From the NCBI GenBank assembly GCA_008632985.1, contig QPGO01000010.1, positions 496,001-560,000 on the forward strand: a stretch of DNA of 64,000 bases. Direction: 5' to 3'. Source of the DNA: Psammoneis japonica. Its lineage: Eukaryota. Position 1 is the stretch's first letter. The number at the start of each line of letters is the position of its first letter. The position numbers and the translations under genes were made by a program. This document shows positions 23,776 to 35,973 of this stretch, in pieces. Under the pieces are notes generated by a model, which was not told the DNA's origin, made no database searches, and worked only from the letters and a program-made list of their open reading frames with translations.

Positions 23776-24942
23776 TGCGGGAAAGTTTGTTCTTACCGTA
23801 TATGCGCCTGCTCCCCTCCCTCAATCTAGAGTCGAGTCGTCGCCCACAACATACAGATGTACAGTATAGTTTAAAGAGTAATAAAAAATATCGTTCTATT
23901 TGTGCGAGCAAGCCGCGTTTGTGTGTCCACTTAGAGTGGGTGCTATGAGACATCATTGCAAGCCCCTTACATCAAGTGTATTATGGCCAAGTCCAATGTC
24001 ACGTCCAATGGAATCTTTAACGCTGGAGCAAAATGAGATGGTTCAGGTAGTACTTTCTCCATTTGCTCTCCCAACTCGAGTGCATGATCAACTAGATCAC
24101 TGATCTCATTGTCGTCCATATGAACATGTTTTCCGAACGGATTCCGTATTATCTTTCGGTTTTGTAATTGTGCCATTTCTGAAGCAGCATCAACTGGAAT
24201 TCTTTGCATTGTTTCAGGACTGGTCTCAAGCATTGTCGACATATCAAAAGATTGTGTTATCGGAGGAGACGGATGAAATGTTCGTGTAGAAACGGAGAAA
24301 ATGCGGCGGAAAGGGACTGGTGCCAAGGTCCCACCGCTGTTACTATCAGGAGGCGCTTTCGCTGGAACTTGACCATTGTGTAGTTGTTGATAATGTATAA
24401 CTGATCAAAAGTGTTTTCGGAATGATTTTTGTGGGATATTTCGTGAACATTTAGATTGATTATAGTGCATGCAACATGCAATTGCACGGCACCTTGGTCA
24501 AAATGTGGCGAGAAATGATCAAGGAACAGAAGGCGGGGTTTGAAATGTCGGAGCGGTGGTAAATACGTCATCATTGACATGTGCCAGATTTCGAAGACTG
24601 TCTATGTTACGAAGCACTCTAGTAGTAGATGGCATAGTACAATGCAGCACCAGTTGAACAAAACCGAAGGGCAATTTTACATTTAACGAGATGAGGCCCA
24701 ATCGTACAATTTCAACGCAAGTTTCAACGATGATCTTCCGGAGGGACGGACCAAACGACAAACAGTCTTGTCACGACGTGAAGCGCACGCACCACGTCAG
24801 ATTGGATAAAAGGATCTTCTGCTTCCGCCATTCCTCGTCCTTCCTTGAGGCTCTTCTTCGTTCCTTCCGCTTTGCCACCCATGGAGTCGAGTCCAGCCTC
24901 CATCCGGCAACTCCATCACTCCCCCCCCCCCCCCCCCCCCCC

Positions 24943-25217
24943 NNNNNNNNNNNNNNNNNNNNNNNNNNNNNNNNNNNNNNNNNNNNNNNNNNNNNNNNNN
25001 NNNNNNNNNNNNNNNNNNNNNNNNNNNNNNNNNNNNNNNNNNNNNNNNNNNNNNNNNNNNNNNNNNNNNNNNNNNNNNNNNNNNNNNNNNNNNNNNNNNN
25101 NNNNNNNNNNNNNNNNNNNNNNNNNNNNNNNNNNNNNNNNNNNNNNNNNNNNNNNNNNNNNNNNNNNNNNNNNNNNNNNNNNNNNNNNNNNNNNNNNNNN
25201 NNNNNNNNNNNNNNNNN
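24943..25217. other. Assembly gap preceded by poly-C
   Basis: Run of N. Confidence 1.
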
Positions 25218-26690
25218 CCCTTTGTGACATTTAAAGGCTGCAACACGTCGCCGTGATGCATCAACTCTCATTGGCAACTGTGTGTTGCACTCCTCCCCAT
25301 GTGTCGCGCGTCCATGCGGCTCTTTGCTGACGTGCGCTGACACTGCACGGTTTTGGCGGAACAGTGTGGGTGCACACGAAGGAACATGCAGAACTGCACA
25401 GAGTTTTTTCCGCATTCGACAGTGATCAACGTTGCTGCAGACAACTCCCACTCAGGGTTTCGAACCCCTGGCCTCCTGCCTGATGGTTGCGATGAACCAC
25501 TCCGCTGTGAATTCACAACGCAGCATGCATGCAGACAAAAGGTCATTTTTGTCACACCCTTTGTGACATTTAAAGGCTGCAACACGTTGCCGTGATGCAC
25601 TGGCTCTTGTCAGCAACTGCACATTGCACCAGCCCTCCTCTCTCTGCCCATCTCTTGCTGCTTCTCCAGCACCCAGCTTGCCTCTGCTTGTGCCATTGCC
25701 GCTCAGCACAAGCTCTGCCTTCCGCCCTGCCGCTTTCCTTTCTTGCCTTGTTGGCGCGCCCCTTGCTCCTGTGGCCACGCCTCCCTTGAAGCCTGCAACA
25801 ACAACACCTTTCCTTGCCAGCATGGCCGCAGATCAAAGCTGTCCAGCAGCTTTTCTTGTGGTGCCATCTTGATCTAATCTCTCAGATCCTGTGCTCTCTT
25901 GCCAAACTTTGTCGCTTGCCCAAGACAATGCTCACCTCAAGCATGTGAGCCTCGCCCCTTTCTGCTCACTCTTTCATTCCACCAAAGCTGGCATGATCTC
26001 CTCGCCCCTTTCAGCACCCCTTTCCACCCCCTTCATCATTGCTGCACCGCTGCTGATGTCGCTGTTCTCAAAGCTCCCTTGCTCTCCTCCCAGTCTTCCT
26101 CTCCTGTTTCAAGTGAGGTGTGCCACTCGAGCGCGAGGCCGAAGTTCCTTGGACCTTCCAACCCTTTGACAGACGGCTCCCTTGCTGTTGAGTCTCTCAA
26201 CAGTGATGGGATCTTTGTTCTCTCCTTTGCAGTTGATCACCTCAGAGGTCTTGGACTCTTCTGTTGTCAGCTCCTTTTCAGCTCTTTGCTCTCATCTGCT
26301 CCTTGTTCCCACCCCAAGACCCCTTGGACATTTCCTTCTTCTCGTCACAACTCCAATGCTTCCTGCTCAGCTTTTCTCCATGCCCCCTTGCTTTCCCTTT
26401 GGCTCCTGTCCTTCTTTCTGCTGACTTTGTTTGGAGTCGCCTCTCCAATGAGTGCTGTGGTCATGTGCACCCCTCTTCTTCCCTGCCCCAGTGGGCCATC
26501 CAAACCCTTGGCAGCAACGTCACCCATCGTTTTTCTTCCCATGCTCTGTGATGTTTCTCTTCCCTCCACACTGAATCCTCTCTGCCCCATTCCCTCACCA
26601 AGCACCCTGCACGCTTCGTCATGCATGTCCCTTCCACTCCTCTGCCTCAACAACAACTGCACATCAAAAGTTGTTGGTTCATGAGGCGCA
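25218..26690. mobile_element. TpA-depleted repeat domain 2 (unclassified element; 43 bp direct repeat with 339 bp period; strong pyrimidine skew on + strand)
   Basis: 25218-25260 matches 25557-25599 except one CG->TG change; TpA nearly absent while CpG is common. Confidence 0.55.
25446..25512 (-). pseudogene. tRNA-derived sequence (SINE head or tRNA pseudogene)
   Basis: Minus strand TTCACAGCGGAGTGGTTCATCGC...CAGGGGTTCGAAACCCTGAGTGGGA: A-box-like CAGCGGAGTGG (25507-25497) and B-box GGTTCGAAACC (25466-25456) within a T-arm-like hairpin; anticodon arm not intact. Confidence 0.5.
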
Positions 26691-27122
26691 TGCATTGTAA
26701 ATTGGACAATAAACTAGTTTGACCTTTCTAAACTCAGAGTGCAGAGAAAGGAATGGCGCAACAATCTCACCACAGCAGTGAAGGTATGAGCTACGAGTTC
26801 AAAATAATGTTGCCTTTTCAACGTATTGTCTCAGGCTACTAAAGCCTAAGATAGACCTCTCTCTAGAGCATTGCTTCTCAACACACAAGACATAACCCTT
26901 TCCACCATGCATGCATCATAGGAACGTATAAACTAATGTTACGATAAGACCTATGAAACCCACACTCTAGCGTCAACGCTACCTCGCCGTAGAGGTGTTA
27001 CCCTGTGTCCGCCTCTGTTGTGTTTTCAATCGATGCCCAAAGTCAATGCATGCAGCACAAGTAAGTGTCTCGGTTCGTAAGAAGCTCTTTTGCCTGAGAC
27101 ACACACGCATACCTATCTTTCT

Positions 27123-28346
27123 CTAGCGAGTGATCAAATCAGGATTCCACTTCATGACGGGTTCATCGTCCCGAGCCGTCAGAATCTCATAGCCCGTCTC
27201 GGTGACCAAGAATGTGTGTTCAAATTGGGCACTCCGCTTTCCGTCCGTGGTGACAGACGTCCAATTGTCTCCCCAGGTGACATCGGCGTGAACGCCCAAA
27301 TTAATCATGGGCTCCACGGTAAAGACGTGTCCGGGCCTCATGGTTCCCTTGGCCTTGTTCTTGTGATAGTGAGGGACATTGGGAGCGGTATGGAACAAAC
27401 TGCCAATGCCGTGTCCACAATAAGTCCGCACCACGCTGCACTTGTTCTTGGAGGCCACCTTGGAAATGCTGGTTCCCAAATCGCGGTAGAGCGTACCGGG
27501 ACGAATCATGTTGGCCGCGGTCGACAAGCAATCGAATGCTGTATTAACAAGCTTCTTGCCATCTTCGTCCACATTGCCGACACAAAAGGTCTCGTTCAAA
27601 TCACCATGATAGCCCCCCTTGTTGTAAGTTGTGACATCGATATTGACGATATCTCCGTCTTGCACTTCCCTGTAATCCGGAATGCCGTGACAAATAACTT
27701 CATTGACAGACGTGCATACACTTTTGGGAAAGTTATAATAGTTGAGAGGCGACGGATAGCAATCTCGTTCCATACAAGCTTCATGTACCACACGATCAAT
27801 CTCGTCCGTCGTGACACCTACGCGGAGTGCCTTGCCGGCAATATCCAACACTTCACGTCCCATACGACACGCATGCCTCAATCCCACTTCTCCATCCAGC
27901 TCTTCCTTCGTATAGACACGAATGGCATTGTTGGTGGTGCGGTCTCGTTGTTCGGAATCCGACACTCCCGACGGGTGGTTGGCATAATCGGGTTTGCGAA
28001 TGCGAGACGGGACCGTCCGACGAGGACTGTACAGCGTGGGACGGAGCGAACCCGTGAAACGAAAGTCCTTGGCCCAGCGGGGTTGACTGAGTTTTAGAGA
28101 GTCAGGCGCGGTCGTTTCACACGAGACTCCCGATTTAGGAGGAGTCTTGGAGTGTTGCTGATTTCCGAGAATCTGTTTCGCAAGACTGTGAATCGATTTA
28201 TGAGACGCATAATTGCTTTTGAAACAGGCCTGACTGCAAAAGTATGTTGGAGCAAGACCAAGCTGCATGCATTTGGGACACGCCAAACGCTGCTCGACGA
28301 CCTTATCGCATCCCGGTGAAGCACAAGCGCCGGCGTCCGGTGTCAT
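27123..28346 (-). CDS. MAP1: Methionine aminopeptidase 1 (cytosolic, N-terminal zinc finger)
   Basis: From MTPDAGACAS: CPKC...FCSQACFK zinc finger; CTSVNEVICHGIPD, DIVNIDVT, HGDLNET, GHGIG..FH, FTVEPMIN, SAQFEHT. Confidence 0.96.
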   Translation of the reverse strand: MTPDAGACASPGCDKVVEQRLACPKCMQLGLAPTYFCSQACFKSNYASHKSIHSLAKQILGNQQHSKTPPKSGVSCETTAPDSLKLSQPRWAKDFRFTGSLRPTLYSPRRTVPSRIRKPDYANHPSGVSDSEQRDRTTNNAIRVYTKEELDGEVGLRHACRMGREVLDIAGKALRVGVTTDEIDRVVHEACMERDCYPSPLNYYNFPKSVCTSVNEVICHGIPDYREVQDGDIVNIDVTTYNKGGYHGDLNETFCVGNVDEDGKKLVNTAFDCLSTAANMIRPGTLYRDLGTSISKVASKNKCSVVRTYCGHGIGSLFHTAPNVPHYHKNKAKGTMRPGHVFTVEPMINLGVHADVTWGDNWTSVTTDGKRSAQFEHTFLVTETGYEILTARDDEPVMKWNPDLITR

Positions 28347-29036
28347 GGTTGTTGCTTTCAGCTTGCTGTTTTTGCTGTGGTGTGTGGGGAGAGGAGACTG
28401 GAGAAAAAGGAGGGGGCGGCGCAGACAAAAAGGAGTTGAAAGCTTTTTGCGCGAGCAATTCACACACACACGAACACCCAAACAAAGAACCAGAGCAAAG
28501 AGGGGCCTTGCGATTGCTGCATGCCGCATGTAACATGCTCAAGAACCAAAAACTTGAGTGCATGTTATCAGAAATGTTGTTAGCAGGCTACTGTAGTCGA
28601 ACCTCTGTACAGTCGTTGTTGTTGCTTCGCATGAAATCATGCTGTTAAGCAATCACACGGCAGCCTCGCGAAATCACCGGAATCACACGAAATCACGCAC
28701 TCGCGCTGACACTCGCCTCGAAATCAAACTCCCCTCGGTTCGTGTACGAGTGTGGGAGAGACGATTCCGTTGAGCGGCGAGTGCAGATTACGCGAGGAAT
28801 CAAACAGCAACAGTGCAGGAGTTGTTTTTGTCAAGGGAATTCGTTGAGCACAAGTGTTGTTGCTGTTGTTGATTGTTGATTGTGGGCGTTTTTTTTGCAT
28901 GCCAATGACTGGCGCTCGCAACGGTCTGACATTTGTTTTTGAAGAATCGGTTCTTCACACATTTGTTGCTCTCACACTGAACATTGTGATTGTTGATTTT
29001 GCTCCACAACAGATTTGACAGTGCTGTTTGTGAAAG

Positions 29037-31466
29037 ATGAATTTTGAAGAAGAAAGTGGCTTTCATCTGCCTGATCATTCTTCAAGCAGCTCGTCTGAAG
29101 AAGAAGAAGAAGACAAACAAGATGCCCCGCCACTGATGCAAAACACGGAAATGGCAGTCAAATCTCTTGTGGGCTTGCACAACACATCAACATCCAATTC
29201 TGTTGCTCCACCTCAAGCTGGCTGCTTTGGCTGCAACGACAATGCTGATGGATGCCACGAATGTCAGGGGAGCAACGGGTCGTTTTCATGTGCCAATGCC
29301 AATGCACCAGCGGCACATGCAGCGGCACCAACAACAGCTGTGGCACCCACTGCTGCACCTGCTTTGGAGTGCAATGATGAGCAAATGTCGAGAGAACTTG
29401 CTGAAAGCCTTCACTGCGGGACGTGTTCTGGCTCAGATCTCACTGCGCAAGAAATGCCAAACATCAAGAAGGCTTCCAGTGTTTCAGCTTGGCATTTGAA
29501 TGCAAGAGATGAGTTGGAGGTGCACTTTTTTGCAACAATGGAAGAGTCAGGCAGTGAGAGGCTGCAGCATCTTCTTGAGGAAATTGAGTCGGAAGAGTCC
29601 GTTGAGACTGTGCGGGTTTTCTACAAGACACTTGCGGGAGAGAAGATGCAACACAAGCATGAGATTTTGAATTTCTGTCTTGTTCTCATTGTCCATTGCT
29701 GGCACAATGTAAAGACTGGTGAAATGCATGAGCCATCCATGTTCACCCAGTGCGCGAAGCAACTTTTTCAAACCTTTGCGAGACACGGCATTCAGCACAA
29801 GTGTGATGACAAGGAATTCAAACAGAACGGCGGCTGGTGCTCCATTTTGGAAGATGAATGGAAGAAGCAGCAAGAGGAGGACAGGTCTTTTGGCATTGGC
29901 AAGAACAAGTCACACGTCGACATCAGGGCAGATCAGAAGACAGCGGCAAAAATCTGTGAAGGCAAGTTTCGACCCATGGAAGACTGCGAAGACATGACAC
30001 CTGCTTTGATTTTTGTGCTGGGGCGCCATTTTGGGTTGCGTGGCAATGAGGAGATTGCCCATCTCACATGGGACAATGTGACAATGGGCAAGTGTGAATC
30101 TGGACCGGATGTCAGGAAGTTGCAAGTCAGGGTGCAACTTGATGAGGACAAAGTCAACAAACTGAGGATCAAGAGTCCCATGCTCCAAAAGCAGCTCCTC
30201 GATGGAATGCATGTTCGTGAAATGCCCATGAATCCCGTGTGTCTGCTCAAGCTCATTGCTGTGTGTCAGACTTGGTGTCCTCCGGATCAAGAGAGATTTT
30301 TGCACCAAGAGGTGATGAACAAGCAAAAGCAGCAGCACAAGCTGGATGGTCTGGCCTGTCTTGCAAGGCCTGGAAAGACTGCGGGTGTCATTGGCGTCAA
30401 TGTTGTTTTGGACAAAATGAAGTGCATTGCTCAGCTGCATGGTTTTGACAACTGGGAGCAAGCGACAAGCCACAGCAACCGTGCATTGATGACCACTTTG
30501 TTGGCATCTGCTGACTTGCACCCAAAAGAGATGCAAACTCGTGTGAGGCACAACTGGTCAGAGAGCCAGTTGCTGCATGTTCGTCAAAGTGATCTGCTTG
30601 ACCATCAAGTGCAGAACGCGCTGGCTGGGAATCAGGGCGCGTCGGTTCAGAGCTTGTTGGTTCAGGACGCATCGGTTCAGAATGCATCTGTTCAGAATGT
30701 GTCCGCTCAGAATGTGTCGGTTCAGGATGTGTCAGCTGCAGCCACCTTTGCGGGTGGAGCTTCTGTTCCAGCATCATCTGTGGCAACCTCAGAGTCCAAC
30801 AAGACTGCATCATTGAGCGATCATTCCGCGCCATCCTCGGAATTGGGGAGTTTGCACACAGAGAAAATGGAGCCAGAGTCTGCTGTTCAGATGCTGGAAT
30901 CTCAAGTTGCTGATCTAGAATCTGCCAATGCTGTGCTGAAGTTGAAAAACAATGACCTTTCTGAATCAACATCTTTGGTGGAAAAGGAAAATGCTGAGCT
31001 CCGGGAACTGGTCAACAAAATGAACATGAAAGATTCGATCATTTCTTTGGAGGATCGCGTTGGTCACTGCAATGACTCCATTGAGAAAATGAAGAGCTCT
31101 GTTGAGACAATGGACCAGAAGTGTTGTGACACCCAGAAAGAGACAGTGCAGCTGCAGTCGAATCATGCAACTTTGGAGTTGAAGCTTGAGACTGTGCAAG
31201 GAACAATTCAAAACCCATGTCTGACCATCAGCAACCAAGATCATCAAGAGATCCGCCATCTCAAGGACACCATGGCACAAGCAGATGTGAAATGTCAAAC
31301 CCTCAAAGACAAGGTTGCTCAATCTAAGCTCCAAGAAAAACAACTCTTGGGTGAGTTCATTTTTTGGAGGAGCGAATTCAAGACTTCAGGGGCGAGAAGA
31401 GGAGAGCCGCGGCGGGTGTGGGATGATGTGGGACAATGTTCTTTTGGACAAAATGGGGAAGGATGA
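29037..31466 (+). pseudogene. Tyrosine recombinase (Crypton/DUF3504-like) with C-terminal coiled coil; open frame but predicted catalytic Tyr reads His
   Basis: GEMHEPS (cf. Crypton G..YEP), FGLRG.EE (R at 30039), HSNR (30471-30482), RH.....SQLLH (CAT at 30576-30578 where Tyr is expected). Only one Tyr in 809 aa. Confidence 0.75.
30639..30728 (+). repeat. 15 bp coding tandem repeat x6 (ASVQN-like)
   Basis: gcgtcggttcagagc / ttgttggttcaggac / gcatcggttcagaat / gcatctgttcagaat / gtgtccgctcagaat / gtgtcggttcaggat. Confidence 0.9.
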
Positions 31467-32842
31467 TGTGACAGTGTCACCAGTGTGTTGGCATTGCCAG
31501 CATTTTAGTGTTGCCAGTGTTTTAACTTGCTGGACGGCAAACAATGCCACGATCCAAAAAGTGAGCTGTGGTGTGTTTCGAACATTGTCTTCCACACTGT
31601 TTGATGTTTGAATTTTGTCATTCACAGGTGTGTCTCGCATGTGTGATGCAATTCACCCTTTTGTGTAATTCTGAAAATGCCAGGCAATGACAATGTCGTT
31701 TGCAATCTTCAGGACCTCATGAATCTGAACACATGATGTGCTGACCAAGCATCTGGCCGTGGGGAGTTTGGGGTGGGGAGGAGGGGTCGGGAAAATTCGA
31801 GAACCTGATGGATTGCCCGACGTAAGTCCTGCGTGTTTTTCACATTGGCGAACTTCAACCGTGGTGATTTCTGGAATCACCGCGCTTGCCGTGTTGTGAT
31901 TCTGGAGTCGGTCACGGCTCCGGTCACCGCGCCAATTGCTCGCTGATTCTCACGACACGGCAAGTGTGTCATGGCCAAGACTCCAAGCCCAGCAAGGAGA
32001 GAACCCTCATCCTTGGCTGGACCGAGAGTCACCACGCAAAAGCAGGAGTGAACGGGTGAAGGAAGGATGACGGATGAATGACAGACAGATGATGGACAAG
32101 ACGAGCGAGCAAAACTGGCCCTGACCCTCATTGTCTGGCAGGTTGGGAGACACCACGGAACTGTCGGGGCGTCTCCAAGGAGATGCCAACGATGAAAATT
32201 GAAAACCCTCCACTCCCAATCCCGTCAGCACACAGCGAAAAGGGAGCCAATTGCTTGGCACCAGCGATTCCAAGCCTGGCCCCACATCCCAATTGCTTCA
32301 CCTGCTGGCGACCATTTTCATCGTGCCAACATCATGAGTCTACATCCGGCTGTGAACATTGCGGATGTGCTGGACCATCTCCACGAGTTGCATCGATGGA
32401 CTGGAGTCGCTTGCACTGTGCCATGTCATCGGAGTGCTGACAGCCGAGGCGGCGGCAGGGAATCCGTGGGATTCTCGCGTGACTGGTTTTTCGGTCATTG
32501 TTCGTGCACCAGTGAAATAATGTACTGTGATTTCACGTGGCTTCTACGTAACGAAAAGTCATAATGACCCTTTTGATCGTACATTCTACATGATTCCCGT
32601 ACAAAACCAATGACTGCACAGTTGCTGTTTGATTCCTTAACAAAATGACTTTGCAGTGAGACGGACAGACGACTATTCGTTACTGTAGGGCGGGCAGGCG
32701 GGGGCGCGCGCCAGCGAGGCGAAAAGCGAGCGTGCTCCAGTGCGCGCCAGCGGTCATACGTAGGATTAATACTGCATTCTACGTGGAAGGCACAACATAC
32801 CGTTTTCCAGTTTTTCTGCACATCAGGCATCAGGAGGCGACC

Positions 32843-35800
32843 ATGGCGTTGGATGAGTTTGATTTTGACGGTGATGCCAGTCTGATTGGATCGGCCACAT
32901 CCCTGTCCTCACCTTCCAAAAGTAGTGTGTCTTCGTCGTCATGTCGAAACTTCGGTAGAACTCGTACCAAACGTCAACGACAAAAAGCAAAGAATGCGGC
33001 ATTATCACAGAGTCAACAGAGCAGCAAAAGCGGAATTTATCAAGAAGAACAAGACGAATCGTTCTTGAGTCAAGAGAGCCGCGATAGCAGTATTATTAGT
33101 CGACAGAACGCTCTCATGGCGGTTCAGGAAAACATACAAGAAGATCAGTCGACTGCTAGTACATCGAACAGTCCAGAAAAGTCGGTACGGTTCTCGCTCT
33201 CACCCGAGAGGTCCGTGGGAGCGTCCACCGTTTCGTCTCTAACCACAACGCAGCAACCAAGACGAACAAAGAAAAGGAAAATAAGTCAAGACGAATCTAG
33301 CGTTGTCTCGTCGTTGCCCTCTTGTTCTCAGGACTCGTATGCGAGTGCTAGTTTTGATGCGGAAGATGACGTACAATGCGTTCAACAACAACAACAACAA
33401 GAAGATGCAGACTCTTGCTTAACTCAGAGCCCCAGAAGCAGCAGTAGTCGATCATCAAGTCGCACCGGATCTTATCGGTCATCTACTTCGTCTCTCCGTC
33501 GTCAACGTCGTCGTATTGGAAATTCAGCCTCTACATCGTGGATGAAATTTCATAGTCAACAACTACAAGAGCAACACTCGACGAAACCGATTCGCGGTGC
33601 GGGTATTGACGCCTTTGCGGTGCAGGATGCGGGATCCTTTCGAGAATTATTTGACGACTTGTCCTACAAAACGTCTGCCATTTCATCATTGAATAGCAGG
33701 GCAGCAGCGGGGGCCGCGGGGGAATTGGCTCTCGTAATGAGTAGCAAAAAGAACCGATCCATATTGTTTGCCAAGGGCAACACGGCGCTTTCGGCAGTGT
33801 TGGATGCAGTTGCTTGTGCATCTACTAGAGATACTGTGGAACAGACAAGCGACAAATCTGGAGAGAATCGAGCCAAGACGAGAACAGCTCGCAAAAACAC
33901 AAGCAGGGGCGCTTCAAGAAGCAAAAAGGGAAAGGCAGAGTTGGATTCGGCACTCGCTTCTACCGTACACTTTCTATCGTGGGATTGCACCACGAATCAA
34001 CAGAACTCTTCATCCTTTCCGTCTGCGGCGATGGCTCGGAATATTCGTACACAGCTTTTGCAGCACAAGGGTGCCATGAAGGGTATTTCAAACATGATTA
34101 TGGCTGATCCTATCGTTGCTAGCATTCTGCCTTCACGTGCTTCCGCAACAGAAGGAAACGAATCTTGTGAACTGAAACCAAAAGGCACCACTGATCCTTC
34201 GAAGGGAGATGAAGAACCACCATTATCGACCGAGAGAAAGAACGAAAATGCTGCTTCCACTTTTGGTAAATCAGAAACCCCTTCGCCCGCAAGACGCGAT
34301 CCAACTTCGGCTGGTCGAAGGCGCAAGAAACGGAGACGTTTGTTGTTCAACCAGGAAAGCTCGCTCGAACCCATCCCGGAACAAAACGAGGAGACTTGCA
34401 TTGATGCGTTCCAAGGTGGATGTTCCCAAATGAGCTTTACATCCCGGGACGATGACGACGAAAGCAGCAGCATGGGGTATTCGCCTCGAAAGCGATCCGC
34501 CCGTCGTGGCGACGGCGACGACGACTCTTCAGCTGCATCTGTCAACAGTTTGTCTGACCGTATCCAAAACAACTTGCGTACTCTGAGGGCCAAGGTTGTC
34601 TTTCCAGAAGAAACTGCAGACGAGACTGATTCGATACTGAAATCTGATTGCGCCCGTTGCAGTGAAGATTTGCAACTGTCAACGGATATCAGATTCCCTG
34701 GATTGGTTTCGTTGGATGCCATGAGCCGAATCATTGCCGGAAAAGAAGGAGACGAGGTTTCGTGCATGGATGAAGAGGAAGAGAACAATGGACGAAGCAG
34801 TCAAGATGAGCAACACATGAGTGAAGAGGAGGAGCATGCGAGGAATCCACTCTTGGTTACCAACCGATTCTTGCTGGAGAGTGGCTGCCTGCCACTCCTC
34901 GCTCGTGCCATGGCGGAGACGCTTGAAGCTGTCCTTATTGTCATTAGAGAAATACCACCTTGCGAGACGTGCCTGGGTCACCTGCAAAGCCGGGTCTCGA
35001 GGTTAGCGTCCGTGATTGACGGTGCGTGCTGCTTGTCGCCCGAGAACCGACGAGAGTTGTGCAAAGGTCCCGATGCGGGCTTGATCCCCAAGCTCTTGCT
35101 TGTGCTGAAAGCTTCAGCCTCCGATCGTTCTACACTACTTGACAGTAACGACGCTGCAGCGCTTTCGCCCGTGTTGGATGACATCGCACTGTCATCGATT
35201 CGGACACTCACGAGTCTTACTCATGAAAACCATGTGGCAGGTGATCAACTTATGCATTCGTACAATATCGACGCTGCTGATTCAGCCGGTGAACGACAAT
35301 GTGGTCTGTCTATGTTAGCGCAGATCTTGTACACGGCTGTAAATCATCGTCAAGATTTGGTTGGAAGCGGTGACCCGCAGTGCTGGAAAAAGTCGTCCGC
35401 ACAACAACACTGGTACGACCTTGTCATTTTCTGTCTCAATACCTTGACCAACGCTGTGGAAACCAAGGGCGTCAAAGGGTTTCTTGCTAGTCTAGAAATC
35501 TCTAGCATCAGCGGCGAACATGTCGCGGCGAGGATGGCTCTTTCTTGACGTGGTTGTCAAGGTGGCTTGTGGCGCAGACAACGACCTTTCGGGACGCCGT
35601 CATGGAAGGGAGCTTTGGGCAAAATACCAACTCGACTGATCGAGATTTAGAAAGACATGAGCAAGAGCACCTTGTCACAGCAGGAAATGGGTTTATTCTC
35701 CTAGCTTGCCTCATGACAGAGTCGCCATCAAGCCTTGGAAGCGACGCTACAGATCAGCAGGATTTGATGGCCCGGATTCGAAGTATTATTCTTTCGGAAA

Positions 35801-35973
35801 TGCAGGTTGGCGAGAACGAAAGACAAGACGGGGTGCCAGGCTCTTCGACAGTGCTGATTCGAAACACCCTAAAGGCATTTTGCAACTTTTATCATTATTC
35901 GGTGGGGGATTTGAGTGTGGCGGTTGTGGCTCCTGTTCGAAAGCTCATCGAACAGCTAGAAGCCATCATGTAG
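32843..35973 (+). CDS. WAPL: Wings apart-like (WAPL) cohesin release factor, probable frameshift near 35525
   Basis: Long Ser-rich disordered N-terminus, then GSFRELFDDLSY, IRTLTSLTHEN, IFCLNTLTNAVE and LVTAGNGFILLACL, resembling WAPL helical-domain motifs in the expected order. Confidence 0.65.

Larger units (their letters stand above)
28650..32540 (+). mobile_element. Crypton-like (tyrosine recombinase) DNA element; boundaries approximate
   Basis: Single YR ORF without RT; TpA-depleted span ~28790-32500; AATCAC motif cluster at the left end and inverted GTGATT motifs on the right. Confidence 0.6.

Noticed and set aside
23967..24326. Small minus-strand ORF as a gene
   Set aside because: No recognisable motif and no other support.
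24691..25451. ORFs spanning the N-gap (also 43442-44495)
   Set aside because: Artefacts of translating through N runs.
29037..31466. Alternative genetic code, or a naturally His-nucleophile recombinase
   Set aside because: Flanking genes use Tyr normally, and TpA loss covers non-coding DNA and all codon positions.
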